Positions 63,879 to 64,000 of a DNA stretch of 64,000 bases are shown in pieces. The number at the start of each line of letters is the position of its first letter. Within the stretch, counting starts at the first letter, position 1. This DNA comes from an uncultured cyanobacterium (GTDB lineage Bacteria; Cyanobacteriota; Cyanobacteriia; Cyanobacteriales; Cyanobacteriaceae): NCBI GenBank assembly GCA_963710605.1, contig CAVQBA010000002.1:96001-160000 (forward strand), written 5' to 3'. Position numbers and translations under genes: made by a program. Under the pieces are notes generated by a model, which was not told the origin of the DNA, ran no database searches, and saw nothing but the letters and a program-made list of their open reading frames with translations.

Positions 63879-64000
63879 TTACCAAACAGGATCAGAATAA
63901 ACATCAATAATCAGTTCTTTTGTATTAACAGGAACAGAACTAATACAAGCACGAACTAGTTTACCGTCTCCTAATTCCACTTCACAAGCATGACAAGACC
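63879..64000 (-). CDS. 2Fe-2S ferredoxin-like protein, 3' end (runs off the window)
   Basis: SCHACEVELGDGKLVRACISSVP...YSDPVW*; not in the ORF track. Confidence 0.75.
   Translation of the reverse strand, partial: SCHACEVELGDGKLVRACISSVPVNTKELIIDVYSDPVW

Overview
AT-rich chromosomal window from a cyanobacterium. The evidence is the frequent HIP1 GCGATCGC/CGATCG sites, heptamer tandem repeats, ycf4, a phycobilin-lyase-type HEAT gene and an SLH porin; a Geminocystis/Cyanobacterium-like host is my inference. Most of it is housekeeping DNA: cobQ, a Ctp protease, yidD, an Hsp70-like gene, tocopherol genes, EPS genes, ycf4, a cyclophilin, plsC, dacB, cdsA and nagA. At least eight ordinary genes carry frameshifts or nonsense codons, which reflects either long-read assembly error or genome erosion. 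Accessory loci: (1) 16.4-19.4 kb, a MITE with a 10-bp target duplication beside a Phd/PemK toxin-antitoxin pair and a divergent HipA-like kinase + HipS-HIRAN pair. (2) 22.8-28.2 kb, a glycosyltransferase/sulfotransferase cluster where two genes are cut back-to-back at a heptamer array. (3) 39.9-42.4 kb, a decayed large Ig-like surface-protein gene with an intact pentapeptide-repeat gene nested in exact codon-aligned antisense, next to a REP-flanked RAYT transposase remnant. (4) 49.9-52.4 kb, a CHAT protease + degenerate macrodomain + Siphovirus Gp157-like fusion divergent from a DEDDh exonuclease. Loci 3 and 4 are the best candidates for undescribed systems. I saw no rRNA, tRNA or CRISPR array. 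All family assignments come from motif recognition by eye; no searches were run.
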